A DNA stretch of 63,043 bases, filler included, from Octopus bimaculoides (lineage: Eukaryota): NCBI RefSeq assembly GCF_001194135.2. It is 8 parts of 7 records of this genome, joined end to end, with 100 filler letters (N's around TTAATTAATTAA, not from the genome) between each part and the next. Parts side by side here need not be neighbours in the genome. Positions count along the whole stretch, not along the records: positions 1 to 3,536 come from NC_068984.1; positions 3,637 to 19,200 come from NC_069003.1; 6 more parts are not named here. One strand, given 5' to 3'. Made by a program: the position numbers and the translations under genes. A model generated the notes under the pieces. The model saw nothing but the letters and a program-made list of their open reading frames with translations, did no database searches and had not been told where the DNA came from. This document shows positions 1-13,096 of this stretch, piece by piece. How positions within the stretch are numbered: position 1 is the first letter of the stretch; every line of letters starts with the position of its first letter.

Positions 1-67
1 TGAGTTAAAATCCCACGAACTTAAGTACTAGTCAAGTACTGAGGCAGGTGGCATCGACTAATCTCTT

Positions 68-116
68 TCCTCCTCCTCCTCCTCCTCCTCCTCTTCTTCT
101 TCTTCTTCTTCTTCTT

Positions 117-180
<64 letters not shown>

Positions 181-200
181 GTGGTGGTGGTGATGGTGGT
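68..200. repeat. Compound microsatellite (TCC)n-(TCT)n-(TTA)n-(GGT)n
   Basis: Directly visible trinucleotide tracts; they explain the poly-N/K/R ORF at 21-260. Confidence 0.98.
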
Positions 201-204
201 CATA

Positions 205-418
205 ATTAGGTAGTGAGCTGGCAAGATTGATAGCGCATTGGGAAAAATGTGTAGTTTCATCTCGTCCGTCTCTACATTCTGAGTTCAAATTCTACTGAGA
301 TTGACTCAGCCTTTCATCCTTTTAGGGTAATTAAGGTAAGTACAAGTTGAATGCTGGAGTCGATGTAATCAACTTACCCCTTCCCCGAAATTGCTGGCCT
401 TGTGCTAAGGTTTGATAT
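205..418 (+). mobile_element. tRNA-derived SINE, family A (diverged copy)
   Basis: GAGCTGGCA head, B-box-like GAGTTCAAATTC and core GCCTTTCATCCTTT...AAGTAC, shared with more than 10 copies in the window. Confidence 0.85.
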
Positions 419-449
419 CATTACTATTATTGTTATCATCATCATTTTC

Positions 450-555
450 AACAGGTTCTTATTTTATCAACTTCGCAAAATGAAAAGCAAAGTCAACCTC
501 AGTAGAATTTGAACTCAGAACGTAAAGACGGACAAAGTATCACTAAGCAAAACGC
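450..555 (-). mobile_element. SINE family A, partial
   Basis: Reverse complement of the family A core and B box. Confidence 0.75.
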
Positions 556-559
556 CGCA

Positions 560-1430
560 TCCCTGGTCAAAAGGTGTGGCATGCAGCTGAGGCAGGAGCT
601 GAAATGCAACTCTGTCTCCAACTCGCCGCGTGCTCCGTACAGTTCGGCAAAGTGCCGTTGAAATTCCGCATTTTCTTGCTTGGATTCGAGTCACATGCGC
701 TCATCGCAGCCTGTCAAAAAATTGTAGCTTTATTGTCACATTAGTGCTCCGTCACCCGGGCCCACCGAACGACTTTCATTCCCTCGTGTCTTAGCGCAAG
801 TGTTCTAGCTCTTACAACGCAACGTTCGTGCTTGGAATTGAAGAATTTATCAAAGACCAATATCCTGCCAGTACGTCGGTCGCTATACTACTTCTAATTG
901 ACTCTTCTAGCTTCCCAGCTACATCTCCTTCTATCCCAGGTTTCTCTAACACTATTTCTTTACTAAACCCTACGGCCTCTACTCTATTAGCCCTCCTCTT
1001 TAGGGCTATCTACCAACGGCTGTTGACAATTGCACCCGGCAACTTCCGATGGACTAGCTCGCTAACCTGGTCTCTGAAAGCTTGACGTGCTTGGAAAGGC
1101 CAGGTCGACCGTACAGATCTCAAATTGGTGGTCTGTATAGATCTCAAATTGGTACAGATCTCAAATTGGTGGTCTGTATAGCCAATGACTTTGAATTGTG
1201 GACAACTTATGCTACAGCTTTCTGCAGGCCTACAAATCTCTCTATGTAGATCCGATCTGGAAGTCCTGATGTTGTTTGCGCATCTCCACGTTGGCGCATT
1301 CAGGAAATCCAGTCGATACTTCTCCATTCGGCTAGCCCCTCGCTAACTAGGCGTGCGGCCAAGCAGACATTCCAATCGCCCACTAGCACTAAAGTGCGAG
1401 ACGTCCTAAGGAAATCTTTTAAATGTCTGA
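560..1430 (-). mobile_element. pol: Degraded Ty3/gypsy pol (RNase H to integrase) remnant
   Basis: Minus-strand frames with stops give FKVIGYTDHQ (RNase H TDH-like) and AHVTRIQARK...SSCLSCMPH (HHCC-like). CpG-rich. Motif match by eye only. Confidence 0.4.
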
Positions 1431-1479
1431 AGAAGTTTGGTTGCCCCACCTCCATTTGACTAGTCTAAAAATACCACCT

Positions 1480-3175
1480 TCAATATTGTTCACATTTCAA
1501 GACCACCACTTCTTTTTGGGCAATATTTTGGTCAGAAGGGACTGCAATGTCTATCAGTAAGCAAGTGTTTGTTTTCCAATCTTTTATTATGTCTGGATGA
1601 TTAGCTTTTATTCTCCTGTAAGTTTGAACAGGCATGTTCCAGACAATGAGGTCAACTGTTTCATTGTGCTGGTTGCACATTCTGCATTTAATGTTAGGGT
1701 CTGTTTTCATAATCTTACTTTCATAGTTGTTCGTAGTCAGACATTGGCCCTGTGCAGCGAGAATAAATCTTTCCATTTCAGCTTTTAGTCAAGAGCTTTT
1801 AAGCCATTGTTAGCTTTTACTTAGGCTCACTTCTTCTCTGTCAAGCTTTGCAGGGTATTGGCCATGGAGTGATTTTTCTTTCTAGTTTTTTCTGTAGTAT
1901 GTTTTGTAATTCTGTTTTCATGTTGTTTTTTTTTTTGCCTCACTGACCATTTCTGCTATGTTGTTATTTGAGATCAATGTATAAGTGTAGTTTGTTTCTG
2001 TTTTGTACTTTGACGCCTCCCTGTGTATAGAGAAAAGAGTTTTCCTTTTCTCGTGTCACGTTATTACATGTAGTAGTCTTCCACTTTTTGTTTCTAAGTA
2101 CTTTTCTAGTCAACTGTTATGTTATAGTAGTTCTTTATCTGTGTCAGGCCACAACTTTCTTCTGAGCGGGGTGGATATATTCTGTCTGCGTCTGCTTTGG
2201 GATGGTGACTTTGGTATACTGTAAATAGTTTTCTGGTTTTTCTATTTAAGTTTTTCAATTCATTGATCTTCAAGTTTATTATGTTGAATCTGTAATTATG
2301 ACTGGTATGGCTCGCGTGTTTATCCCTTTTATCTTATTTTTAGAGTCTCAATTTTCTTTTTCATTTCTGTGTGTTGTTTCTAGCTGTTTCGTCTATTCCT
2401 AGATATTTGTAAGGGCGACTGAGATCTAATTGTCTGCTTTCTGTGCCTATGTCGAATGCAGTGTTTTCAGTGCGGATTAATTTGCATCTTCCCAGAGTCA
2501 CTTTGGCATATTTATCCAGACCCACGCTCATCCCGATGTCCTTGCTGAAACTATGGATAATTCTTAGAAGGTTTCTCTGTTCTGTGGTATTTTAGTGAAA
2601 ATTTTAAAGTCATCCGTGTATAGGAGACGGCTTTTTGCTTGTCCATAAAATCTATAAACCTATGGTGGTTTCATTTAACAAGAAGGGCTGACAGCGGGTT
2701 TCCTTGGAAACCCCTCTTTTTATGGGTTTTAATGTGTTGTAATGGTTTTCCAGTTTACTATTGTATGGTTGATATATTTTTAGTAGTGTTGGAGCTACTT
2801 TATTTGTGTGGAGAAATTCCGGTATCCATGAGTGTGGAACACTATCGAATGATTTCTGGTAATCAATCCAAGTCATGTTGAAATTTATCTTTCTCTTCTT
2901 ACACTCCCTTATAATGGCTCGATCTACCAGTAGTTGCTCCTTACAACCATACAACCCTCTTCTCCAGCACCCCTATTATTCTTCTGGTAAAACATTGTTG
3001 TTTTCCAGGTGTATAAGTCGGTTATAGATGACTGATGTCAGGGTTTTGTAGGTTGTTGAGAGGTATGTTATTGGCCGATAATTTTTGTGAGTGTATGGCG
3101 TCTTTGTTTTTTTTGGTGGGGAATTAGGGTGGTTTGTCCGTCCAGCAACCAGTTTGGAATTATTCTGGCTAGCTT
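1480..3175 (-). mobile_element. R4/Dong-like non-LTR retrotransposon (RT + CCHC + restriction-like endonuclease), disrupted
   Basis: NYRPITYLSTTYK, GCKEQLLVD..WIDYQKSFDSVPHSWI, YKYLGID, CRMCNQHNETV and HPDII..CLLIDIAVPSDQN motifs; frameshifts and stops. Confidence 0.85.
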
Positions 3176-3204
3176 ATTAATAAACTAAATGTTGCCGCTA
3201 TGTA

Positions 3205-3536
3205 TGTTATTATTATTATTATTGTTGTTGTTCAGTAGTTTTATTTTTATAACGTGCTTTCACTTCACTACCGAGCGCAGCTCTGTGCGCCTTGGGTATG
3301 TGCTGTGGTTTGCTGTGGTGCTCTTATGTTTACTGTAGTGAAAGTGTTTTGCGTAGAATGTGTGCAGTACCCAGTAGTGCAATTTTCTGTATGTTATATA
3401 TATTTGTAAGTCCTGGTGTTTTTGTTGTGTATTTGTCTGAATATTTTTTTATTATACCTAAGGCACCTACTATGATAGGAATTGTTTCTGTTTTTAGATT
3501 TCACATTCGAGTTATCTCTATTTCCAGGTCTTTGTA
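3205..3536 (-). mobile_element. 3' end of a young R4/Dong-like RLE LINE
   Basis: Minus frame KDLEIEITRMWNLKTETIPIIVGALG...IQKIALLGTAHILRKTL, then 3' UTR and (AAT)n tail; near-identical copy at 62770-63043. Confidence 0.85.
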
Positions 3537-3636
3537 NNNNNNNNNNNNNNNNNNNNNNNNNNNNNNNNNNNNNNNNNNNNTTAATTAATTAANNNNNNNN
3601 NNNNNNNNNNNNNNNNNNNNNNNNNNNNNNNNNNNN
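3537..3636. other. Artificial 100-bp scaffold spacer (44N-TTAATTAATTAA-44N)
   Basis: Same 12-mer between N runs at 3581, 19245, 25189, 35730, 45958, 56012 and 61424; it has stops in all six frames. Confidence 0.95.
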
Positions 3637-5067
3637 GGTTATTTGGCTGTTATTTCTAGGGATCTTCGTTGGGAGACAGAACACGAATTAATAGAAATAT
3701 GTAGAAATCACGATCAAACCAAATGATGCTCAAACACTCAAAAATAATATTTGAAGAATAAGTTTTTGGAGAGTGGAGATACAATGTTAATAGGAATCCA
3801 AAATACCATAAATATGACGATGGGAAAATTTAGCTGCTATTTCTTGCAGTTAATGACTTCCTCGCTGATTCGCTTTTTAACTTCTGCTCGAGTGCGATGC
3901 TTGTGGTAACTCTATGTCGCTAAGAATACAATATGTCATAACAAAGAGACATGATAAAGCGATGCAGTCCTTACATCAGTTACGCACGATGAAGAAAAAT
4001 TAAATGAAAGGAAAGAAAATAAACAATTTGGCATTGGTTCTGAAAATCGAAGCTAAGATAGAAAGTATTTTGATCGATCGTTGCCACCTAAGCAACTATT
4101 GCTCACATGTAATGAAGCAGAATATAAAAAAATAACTACAGACTATGAGGTCATTGTTAAAAAGTAATCAACGTCATTGTTTTTGGATGATTAATTTTAT
4201 TCAAAACAGTTTAAACATCAGACTTGACGACATGAAATTTCATACAACGGAAGTTCTGTCAGTATTTCACACAGAAAAATAACTTCCAGGTCAAAAAAAA
4301 ATCACAGAAAAAATGTTATCGTTTATCCTATGACATGGTGGTTTTTAATGAGAGAGAAATAAAAACAAATCGTCTGGATATTATTAGCAAAGTTTATGGA
4401 AGAAACAAAAATATCTTGTGATAAATATATCAATACCTGCAGTCGATAACACATCTATCTATATAATATATTGATACCAGTAGACGATAGCACAGTTAAT
4501 GGATTAATACGAGCAAATCTTTGTATATGATAAATCAATACCAACAGACGATATCACATACGTGCGTATGTATCAATTCTAGCAGACGATAACACATCTG
4601 GTAACAAAGCTAATACCGAATCCCATTTCTTTATCTATTAAAAACAGCAGCCAAATCTCCTTCAAATTACACATTGCAGTTTTCAAAAGGAAATAATGTA
4701 TTTCAAAATATAGTCATCTTAAACATATTTCAAAATATAGTCATCTTAAATGGCGGTGCCCCAGCATGGCCACAGCTCGTGAGCTGAAACTAATTAAAAT
4801 AAAATAAATAAAATGCAATATATAATTTTTCAAGTAAAAATACGAGTTGAGTATAGCTAGAATCTTTTCGTGCATAATTCTACAGCTGATGAACGAAATG
4901 TCACCAAAAGTTATCCATTGTGTTACGATTTGACACAAATATTATCTATGTAATAATGCCTTCACTAAGGATAATAAAAGGTCAAAACTATAAACCAAAA
5001 TACAAAGCCTTGTATACATACATGACTGGAGTAAACTGATATTTATTTTAATATTCATAAGTGTGCT

Positions 5068-5267
5068 TAAGGCTACAAGCTGGCAGAATTGATAGCACAC
5101 CCAGGGTAAAATGCTAAGCAGATTTCATACGCCTTCACGTTCTGAATTCAAATTCTGCTGAGGTCGATTTTTGTCTTTTATCATTTGGGGATTGATGAAG
5201 TAAGTACTTGTTGAGCCCTGGGGTCGATGTAAGAAATTGCTGACTTTGTGCCAAAATTTGAAACCGT
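5068..5267 (+). mobile_element. SINE family A
   Basis: AGCTGGCAGAA head, GAATTCAAATTCTGCTGAGGTCGA core. Confidence 0.8.
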
Positions 5268-5414
5268 AATTTATATTCGTACCTCTAAGTGTATTTTGTA
5301 TATATATCTTTGGATGTATTTCAGATGGCATGGTTTTGGCTGGACAGTAGTGAGTATTGTCTAAGTATTATGTAAAGATACCCTGAAAGATGTATTTGGG
5401 GTTATATATCGAGA

Positions 5415-5520
5415 GAAACAGACAGACAGATATATATATATATAACTGGGTCGATAGATAAGTAGATAGATAGGTAGATAGGTAGATAGATAGATAGATA
5501 GATAGATAGAAAGATAAGTT
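5415..5520. repeat. (GATA)n-type microsatellite
   Basis: Directly visible. Confidence 0.95.
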
Positions 5521-6249
5521 TTTATCGGATGGTCGTTAAGTAAGGAATCATTAAGCAAGGAATCAGTTTTACAAATGGAGTAGTTATGTGTGGTTTCTCC
5601 GGTGAGACGAGAATCGTAACATCTGGTATATATGTGCATGTATGTGTGTGAGAAAGAGAGAGAGAGGGAAAGAGAACAATAGTAGAATATAATGGTGTAG
5701 CGTAGTAGAGGTACAATAACCATCATTTGTTGCTGAGGAATGCAAACATCATTTAACTTCTATCGCCTGTATGTAGCCGATTAATTGGCTAGAAATAGCT
5801 GCCAAACCTCCCTCGATTCATGTCCATCTATCCATCCATCTTCTCTGCAGTCTTCAAGCATCTCCTCCATAGTAATCAGAAGCAATTGCCGTTATACTTT
5901 CTGATGTCATATTCACTGACGGTTGTTCCCTGCTGAACCTGCATCGGAGTCTCGAGACACATCTTTTGTTCTCCTACGTCTTCCAGAATAAACTGAAGGT
6001 TTATTGCCGGCTGAACTGGCAATGGTTGGAGACAGCAATATATTTTTACAACGTACCCTTCTATCTAAGATCCGAACGCGTCCCTTGTCAACCCACGAGA
6101 CAGCCGTTGCGATATTGCAATTCTTCTGAACCGTTTTCAAATAGGATCTTGTGAGGGCCTTATTCGTGCCAGGCGCCAAACTAGCATTTGTATTGAACCT
6201 CAAATCCTACCTCTTTAAAAAAAGGAAAGAATACATCAGAACATGTAGA

Positions 6250-6415
6250 GGCGTAAATATAACGATAGATTGACAGCGTCGTTTAAGCGTCGGTTACATT
6301 ACTTTGCGGTAATCTTTCCAGCTCTATGATCTGAGTTCAAACCCTGCCGAGATCAACTTTTATCTTTTCGGTGTCTATAAATAATGTACCAGTTCTCTAC
6401 TGAGGTTGGTGCATC
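6250..6415 (+). mobile_element. SINE family A, degraded
   Basis: GAGTTCAAACCCTGCCGAGATCAACTTT core. Confidence 0.65.
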
Positions 6416-6449
6416 TCTTTCTTTCACTCTCTCTTTTTCTTTTTTCCCT

Positions 6450-6612
<163 letters not shown>

Positions 6613-7739
6613 TCCAGATCTGGAGAGAGACAGACACCGCCTTGTCTACAAATGTTCATGATACACCGTATGTTATGACGATACCTGTACGGCTCCATCA
6701 GGGAGTTGAATTCATGGCATGATAAGGCAAGTTGTACATACTCCAAAAGGTGAAATAGTTACGTACAGTTGGAATGGTTTTGACCTTAAATCATCTCAAA
6801 TCATATTAACAGGGATCTAAATAACAACAGCAATAGAGATTAAACAACAACAGGATCGACAACAAAACCAGAAGAATGACAAGTAAAGTCGACCATCTCC
6901 CCTATCAGTGAGATTTGAAGCACAAAATGTAATGGGACATAACTCAAAATTTCATAACGTTAATTTTTGTTTCGTCCCTCAACGGAATTCGTCACTTCTC
7001 AGAACTCCAGAACCGTTTTGTCTACTTTTATTCAGAGGAGAAAACAATTAATATTGTGTGCTCTTCCTAAATTTCTTTATCGTCTGCTTTTCTTCATTTT
7101 CTTTATTTTTAATCTTATTTTAACCATTTTATTGTATTAACTCATTTTATTTGCAATCTATCAGTGATTAAAAATTTCAAATGTGTATTTTGATCGATTT
7201 TTTGTTATTTTTCTGCAGTTTTTTTTTGTGTGTGTTTTTGTGAAGGGAGGTTCTATTGTTGTTAGCACTGTTATTATTACTTTTAATAACTTTTGTATGT
7301 TTTTTAAAATTTTACTTTTAATTATTTTCATTCTTAATTATTCGTTATTCATCAAGGAATTAACTGTCACACCTTTTGTGTATATTTACTGCATTTGTTT
7401 GCTTTATATTTTGTTTGTTGTGGTTACATTTTTTAATCTTTTTTTTAGCACTTTTCGATGTTTTATTTTCCTGTGTAATTTTTCCTTTTTTATTTTTCAA
7501 TGATTTCATCCTTCCACCCATTGTGGATTTCACAGTTTAGTATCAAGATTCCTATCAGTCTGTTCGCATGTTTGTTCGTCCGTATGTCTGTATGTTTCTC
7601 TCTCTCTCTCTCTCACTCACTCTCTCTCTCTCTATCTCTCTCTCTCACTCTCTCTCTCTCTCTCTCTCTCTTTCACACACATACACACTTGCTTTCTTTC
7701 CTTTTATCGGTTAATTAACGAGTTGATGCGTATTCGATT

Positions 7740-8130
7740 ACCATTCGCTGCCACCAACGCCGCCACTACCGCATCACATCCACCACCACCATCGCCACCA
7801 CAATCACCACCACCATTTCCAGTGCCACTACTGCTCCAACCATCATCCCCACCCCTACCATCACTAACACTTCCAGCTCACAACCACCACAACCTTCTCC
7901 CTTACCATCTCCGCCCACACCACCTCCACCTTTACCATCGCAGCCATTAACAATATCCACTCTATCAGCATCCTCCTTCTCCTCATCAACATCATTTTTT
8001 ATATTCATCTTCACCATCATCATCATCATCTTCGTCTTCATCTTCAACATATCGTCATCATTATCATCATCATCATCTTCCTCTTCATCTTCCACGTATC
8101 AGTAGCAGCAGCAGCAGTAGCATCAACAAC
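7740..8130. repeat. Degenerate (CCA/CAT/CAG)n low-complexity tract
   Basis: Directly visible trinucleotide periodicity. Confidence 0.9.
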
Positions 8131-8141
8131 AACTATGAACA

Positions 8142-8383
8142 TTAATACCTATTTCTTTACTGCCCACAAGGGGCTACACACAGAGGGGACAAACAAGGAC
8201 AGACAAACGGATTAAGTCGATTATATCGACCCCAGTGCGTAACTGGTACTTAATTTATCGACCGCGAAAGGATGAAAGGCAAAGTCGACCTCGGCGGAAT
8301 TTGAACTCAGAACGCAGTGGCAGACGAAATACCGCTAAGCATTTCGCCCGGCGCGCAAACGTTTCTGCCAGCTCGCCGCCTTT
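8142..8383 (-). mobile_element. Full-length young SINE family A with 11-bp TSD
   Basis: TSD AACTATGAACA at 8131-8141 and 8384-8394; intact A/B-box-like head; CpGs retained. The central domain resembles, from memory, MetaSINE-type cores (unverified). Confidence 0.92.
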
Positions 8384-9319
8384 AACTATGAACACTATGA
8401 ACACTAATACCATCACCTCCGTCATCAGCATCAGCATCAACACGAACCAACAATAAAAGCCTACATGGTCGGTGGGCATGTTAAACATAACAGTAAACTC
8501 TCTCACACTGTCCCATTCATCCATAGTATTTTAAAAGGGGAAAAGACTCATGAAATGAGTCCATGGTAAAATATAAAAAGTTCAGGGTGGTCAAAGGGTG
8601 GAAAAAAACCTTTTGGTTGTAGTTCTCAGGATCAGGGCTGAGAGTGGGAAGGTCAGCGTTTATGACCCTTTTTCTTCTTTTCAAGATTGGTGGGAAAGAA
8701 GGGCCGAAATCATATTTTCAAACCAGAGACCTGACCTCAGTGTTTGTAAGGAAGTGGGCCCTATTAAGGGCTGCCAAGGACCAGAAGTTGGTGGTGTTAA
8801 ACCATGCGAGTGATTAGTTCTACCATCGAAGGAATTAAACAGTATGAACCAACATAGTCTTTATGCGGCCACTTCACCTACTAGAAATAGCAGCCAAATC
8901 TCTTTAAATTATACCTTACTATCTCCAAAAAGTAAAGAATACAGTATATATGGTATATATATATATATATTAGCTTGTCAGATAAATTCGTTCGTTTTCT
9001 TAGTTTTTTTCCTCCACTTTGCACTCCATCGTTATTTGTTTGAAAAGAGTTAAAATTTATTCAAATTTCAGAAACTATAAACAAAGATTGTAGAGGAAGA
9101 ATGAAGCCGCCACAAGAAAAAAGCACAAAACACGACGATAAACATATTTTTCGTGTTAAATCAAATTATATTGGAAACCATTAAAATAAATGGCAGGGGC
9201 AGGAGGAGAAAATGAACAGATTTATCTGACAACACAATGGTTAAAAACGTAGTCATTAAAAAATAGAATAGTCACATCTGTAAGAGCTTTGATTTACCTG
9301 ATCAGAGCTGGCTTATCGA

Positions 9320-9635
9320 GCCCGATAAGATGAAAGGCAAAGTTGACCTCGGCAGAATTTGAACGTAAAGAGCCGGATGAAACATCGCTGAGCATTTTGT
9401 CCGAAGTGCTAACTATTCTGCCAACTCGCCGACTTTGGTTAGAAATTTTCGCCCAAGACCAACAGTTTTTAGGGAAGTCGGTTAGTCGTTTACATCCACC
9501 CCAGTGCTTAATTAGTACTTTATTTTATCGACCCCGAAAGGATGAAAGACAAATTTGACCTCGGCGGAATTTGAACGTAAAGAGCCGGATGAAATGTCAG
9601 TAAGCATTTTATTCGTTGCGCTAGTTGGCTCGCTG
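9320..9635 (-). mobile_element. Two tandem partial SINE family A copies
   Basis: GATGAAAGGCAAAGTTGACCTCGGCAGAATTTGAACGTAAAGAGCCGGATGAAA occurs twice (about 9330 and 9540). Confidence 0.8.
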
Positions 9636-9749
9636 CATTGCTCACATCTGTAATTACGTCCAATGTTTTTTTTTTTCATTAATGTAATATGGAGGCAATG
9701 TTAATGTTCTTGTTGAAGATTATCTCTTTCAAATTATAGCTTTCTTTGT

Positions 9750-10215
9750 CATGCTTTAACTGTTGCTGTTGCTATTTTTATTCTTGTTCTTCTCATTATA
9801 ATTTTCACTCTCTTTTTTTGCTACTGTTGCTGTTCTTGATGCCATTCTCTTGGTTGTCGTTATTGTTGCTACTGTTTTTGTTGTTGTTTTTAGCGTTCTT
9901 GATCTAATTATAGCTTTCATCTTCTCTTTGTTGCTATTCTTGGTATCGCCATTGTTGTTATTGCTACTACCATTGTTGTGACTGTTGTTTTTGCCGTTGC
10001 TCCTACGGCTGCTGCTGCGCTTACCGTTGTTATTGCTGTTGTTCTTCCTGTTGATCTTGTTGTTCTTGGTGGTAGTGGTGGTGGTAGTGGTGGTGGTCAT
10101 CGTCGTCGTCATTGTTGTCGTAGCTGTAGTGGTAATGTCGTTTCTCTCATTCTAATTATAGCTTTCATTTTTTTGTTTTTGTTACCGTAATTGTTGTTGT
10201 CGTTGTTGTTGTTGA
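9750..10215. repeat. Degenerate (GTT/GCT/GGT)n low-complexity tract
   Basis: Directly visible. Confidence 0.9.
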
Positions 10216-10315
10216 ACTCGCTTTAATGATTAAGGCATGGTTTTACCTGGAAACACTATATATATGTATGCCTGTGTGCATATTTTAATACTAAGTTTAT
10301 TTTAATACTAAGTTT

Positions 10316-11400
10316 ATTCAGGCACCACAGAATTAATACAAGTTGCCGTTAACCTTTTTTCGCATTTTTTCCTTTCTTTTCCTTTCTTTTTCAAAGTAGT
10401 TGGCTTGAAAAAAAATTTTTTTGTTTTCATTTTAATGAAAGATTTTCGAAATATTCTTTTATTGTTTATAGGTGTGATACTGAAAAAGTTAGGATGCTCT
10501 TGATCAATTGTTGGTGTATGAAATACTCAATGGGTATCATTTTGAGATTAAAAAACTTGGTTTTATGAATTTTTTTATGCTATTGTAAGCAACGGTGACA
10601 AAATGGCAGAGATACGGTTGTTGTTTAAGGAACTTACGACCATTTTAAAGTAGTATTTCAAATTTGAGAATGTTGTTGAATGTTCTATGACAATGGAGGT
10701 GTGAATCTGGAACAGAATCTCCAACGCGCCTCACAATTTCAAGAATTCATAAATTCAAAGCATATGGTACCATATGTTATGTGCAGAAGAGAAAATCGGG
10801 CAGACCTCGTACAGGCTATGGTGCAGGAACATTTCACACACTCGCAAGAATTCTATCGAACAAAGTGCACGCGAGACAGAAACAAGCATATGGCGCATTC
10901 TTAAAAGAACTGAGTGGAAAGTTTATATCCCAAGATTATTACATGCAATTATCGATGACGATCCTGATCGAAGAATCAAAGTTACGTGAGTGCACATGGT
11001 AGGTGAGGATGAAGAGTTTCTGAAGACGACTGTGTGGTCTGATGAAGCGCAATTTAAGCTAAATGAAGGGTGAAATGATATAATTGTGTTTACTATGCAT
11101 CAGAAACCCCTTGCTTGCATGTAGACAAAGCAGTCAGTTTACCATGGGTTAATGTCCGGTGTGGAGCATCAAGGCTCTGTTATTAGCCAAGATTATCTAG
11201 AAATACCTTGCATGTCCATTTCACCTACCATACATGTACTTTATGGAAATGATGATTTTTTTTTCAACAATTCGACGCACCGCAACACCACGTGTGAGCT
11301 TACCTAGAGGAGAATTTGCAGATAACTGGCCCTATGAGTCCTAAGAGTCAAGACAGTATTTACTTTAGTTTACTTATAAGGTTTTGGAAGAGTCATGAGT
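10316..11400 (+). mobile_element. Tc1/mariner transposase remnant (HTH + DDE start), disrupted
   Basis: KRKSGRPRT linker, VWSDEAQFKLN first catalytic Asp motif; many stops and frameshifts; boundaries approximate. Confidence 0.75.
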
Positions 11401-11584
11401 CTATAAAGTCATGAGTCTACTTCTAGGTCCATTGATATTTCATGATCAACAAAGGAAGAGGACACTGAAACAAATATATGTGAAACTGGTGTGTAAAAGT
11501 TTGAGGACAATGTTTGAGTCAGATCTAATATCTGTGTCTCTAAAACCAATAGAAAGGTTTGTTTTGGGACCAGCAGGGGACTAA

Positions 11585-11710
11585 GGTTTTCAGTCCCACT
11601 GCGTGACAACTTGAGCAGGTGGTTTTTACAACAGCCTCGAGCTGACCAAGGCCCTTTCAGCGGATTTGGTAGACGAAAACTGAAAGAAGCCCATTGTATG
11701 TGTATGTTTG
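11585..11710 (+). mobile_element. SINE family B, 5' part
   Basis: GTCCCACTGCGTG...GGATTTGGTAGACGAAAACTGAAAGAAGCCC matches the full copy at 52367. Confidence 0.8.
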
Positions 11711-12239
11711 CTGATTTCATTGCATCCCTTTTGTTTTAACGGTCCGGCTTTTGAATGATAAAATAACTACCAGATATTTAAAAAGATCAGTAAGTACAGA
11801 AGTCAATTTGTTTGGTTAAAACTCTTCAAAACTGTGCCCCAGCATGGTTGCAATACAATGGCTGAACCAAGTAAAAGATAAAAGCAAATAGTAAGCATTC
11901 CAGATTGGAAGGATGCTTCCAAAACCATAGACATTGGTCGTACTCGTCGTATTCACGCATAAGGAAAAGAAGAAATTTAATTTGGTCACAATAAATGAAT
12001 TTATACATTTTTCAGTACATTGAATCAAAAAAGAAAATGTTCACGCGTAAATGTATAATAATCGAATTAAACATGAAAAATTACAAATGAATTTATTAGC
12101 TTAATTAAATAAATAAGACGCTATATGAAACCTACGAATAAAAGGGATGAAGGATTGAAGGAATGGTGGAATACAGAAAGTAGTGCAGAATGAAAAGTAA
12201 AAAAGGAAAAATACAGTAACCTTTTACACGTATATTTGT

Positions 12240-12480
<241 letters not shown>

Positions 12481-12549
12481 GTGCATATCTTTTATTTTTT
12501 GCTTTTTTCAATCATTGGAATGTATATATATATATATATGTATATCTTT

Positions 12550-12719
12550 TACTCTTTTACTCTTTTACCTGTTTCAGTCATTTGACTGCGGCCAAGCTGG
12601 AGCACCCCCTTTAGTCGAGCAAATCGGCCCCAGGACTTATTTTTTGTAAGCTTAGTACTTATTCTATCGGTCTCTTTTGCCGAAACGCTAAGTTGCGGGG
12701 GACGTAAACACACCAGCTG
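12550..12719 (-). mobile_element. SINE family B, 3' half (cut by gap)
   Basis: GTTTCAGTCATTTGACTGCGGCC...AGTACTTATTCTATCGGTCTC, reverse complement of 52600-52799. Confidence 0.88.
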
Positions 12720-13030
12720 NNNNNNNNNNNNNNNNNNNNNNNNNNNNNNNNNNNNNNNNNNNNNNNNNNNNNNNNNNNNNNNNNNNNNNNNNNNNNNNNN
12801 NNNNNNNNNNNNNNNNNNNNNNNNNNNNNNNNNNNNNNNNNNTCTTTATCTTAATACAGCAAACATTTATACCCATTCATATAGACAGACAGGCAGACAG
12901 ACCGACAGAAAGATAGATCGATAGATAGATAGATAGATAGATTGATACATAGATAAATAAATGGAGTTAAAACTATTTAAAGATAAATGTGTTGAGTGTG
13001 TAAGTACACATATACGTATATATGTATGTA

Positions 13031-13095
<65 letters not shown>

Positions 13096-13096
13096 G

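Noticed and set aside
21-260. Poly-T/N/K/R ORF
   Set aside because: Translation of a compound microsatellite
3581-3592. TTAATTAATTAA recurring seven times as a possible biological motif (homeobox or PacI-like site)
   Set aside because: Always centred in a fixed 44N+12+44N block, so it is an assembly spacer; distances across these points are unreliable
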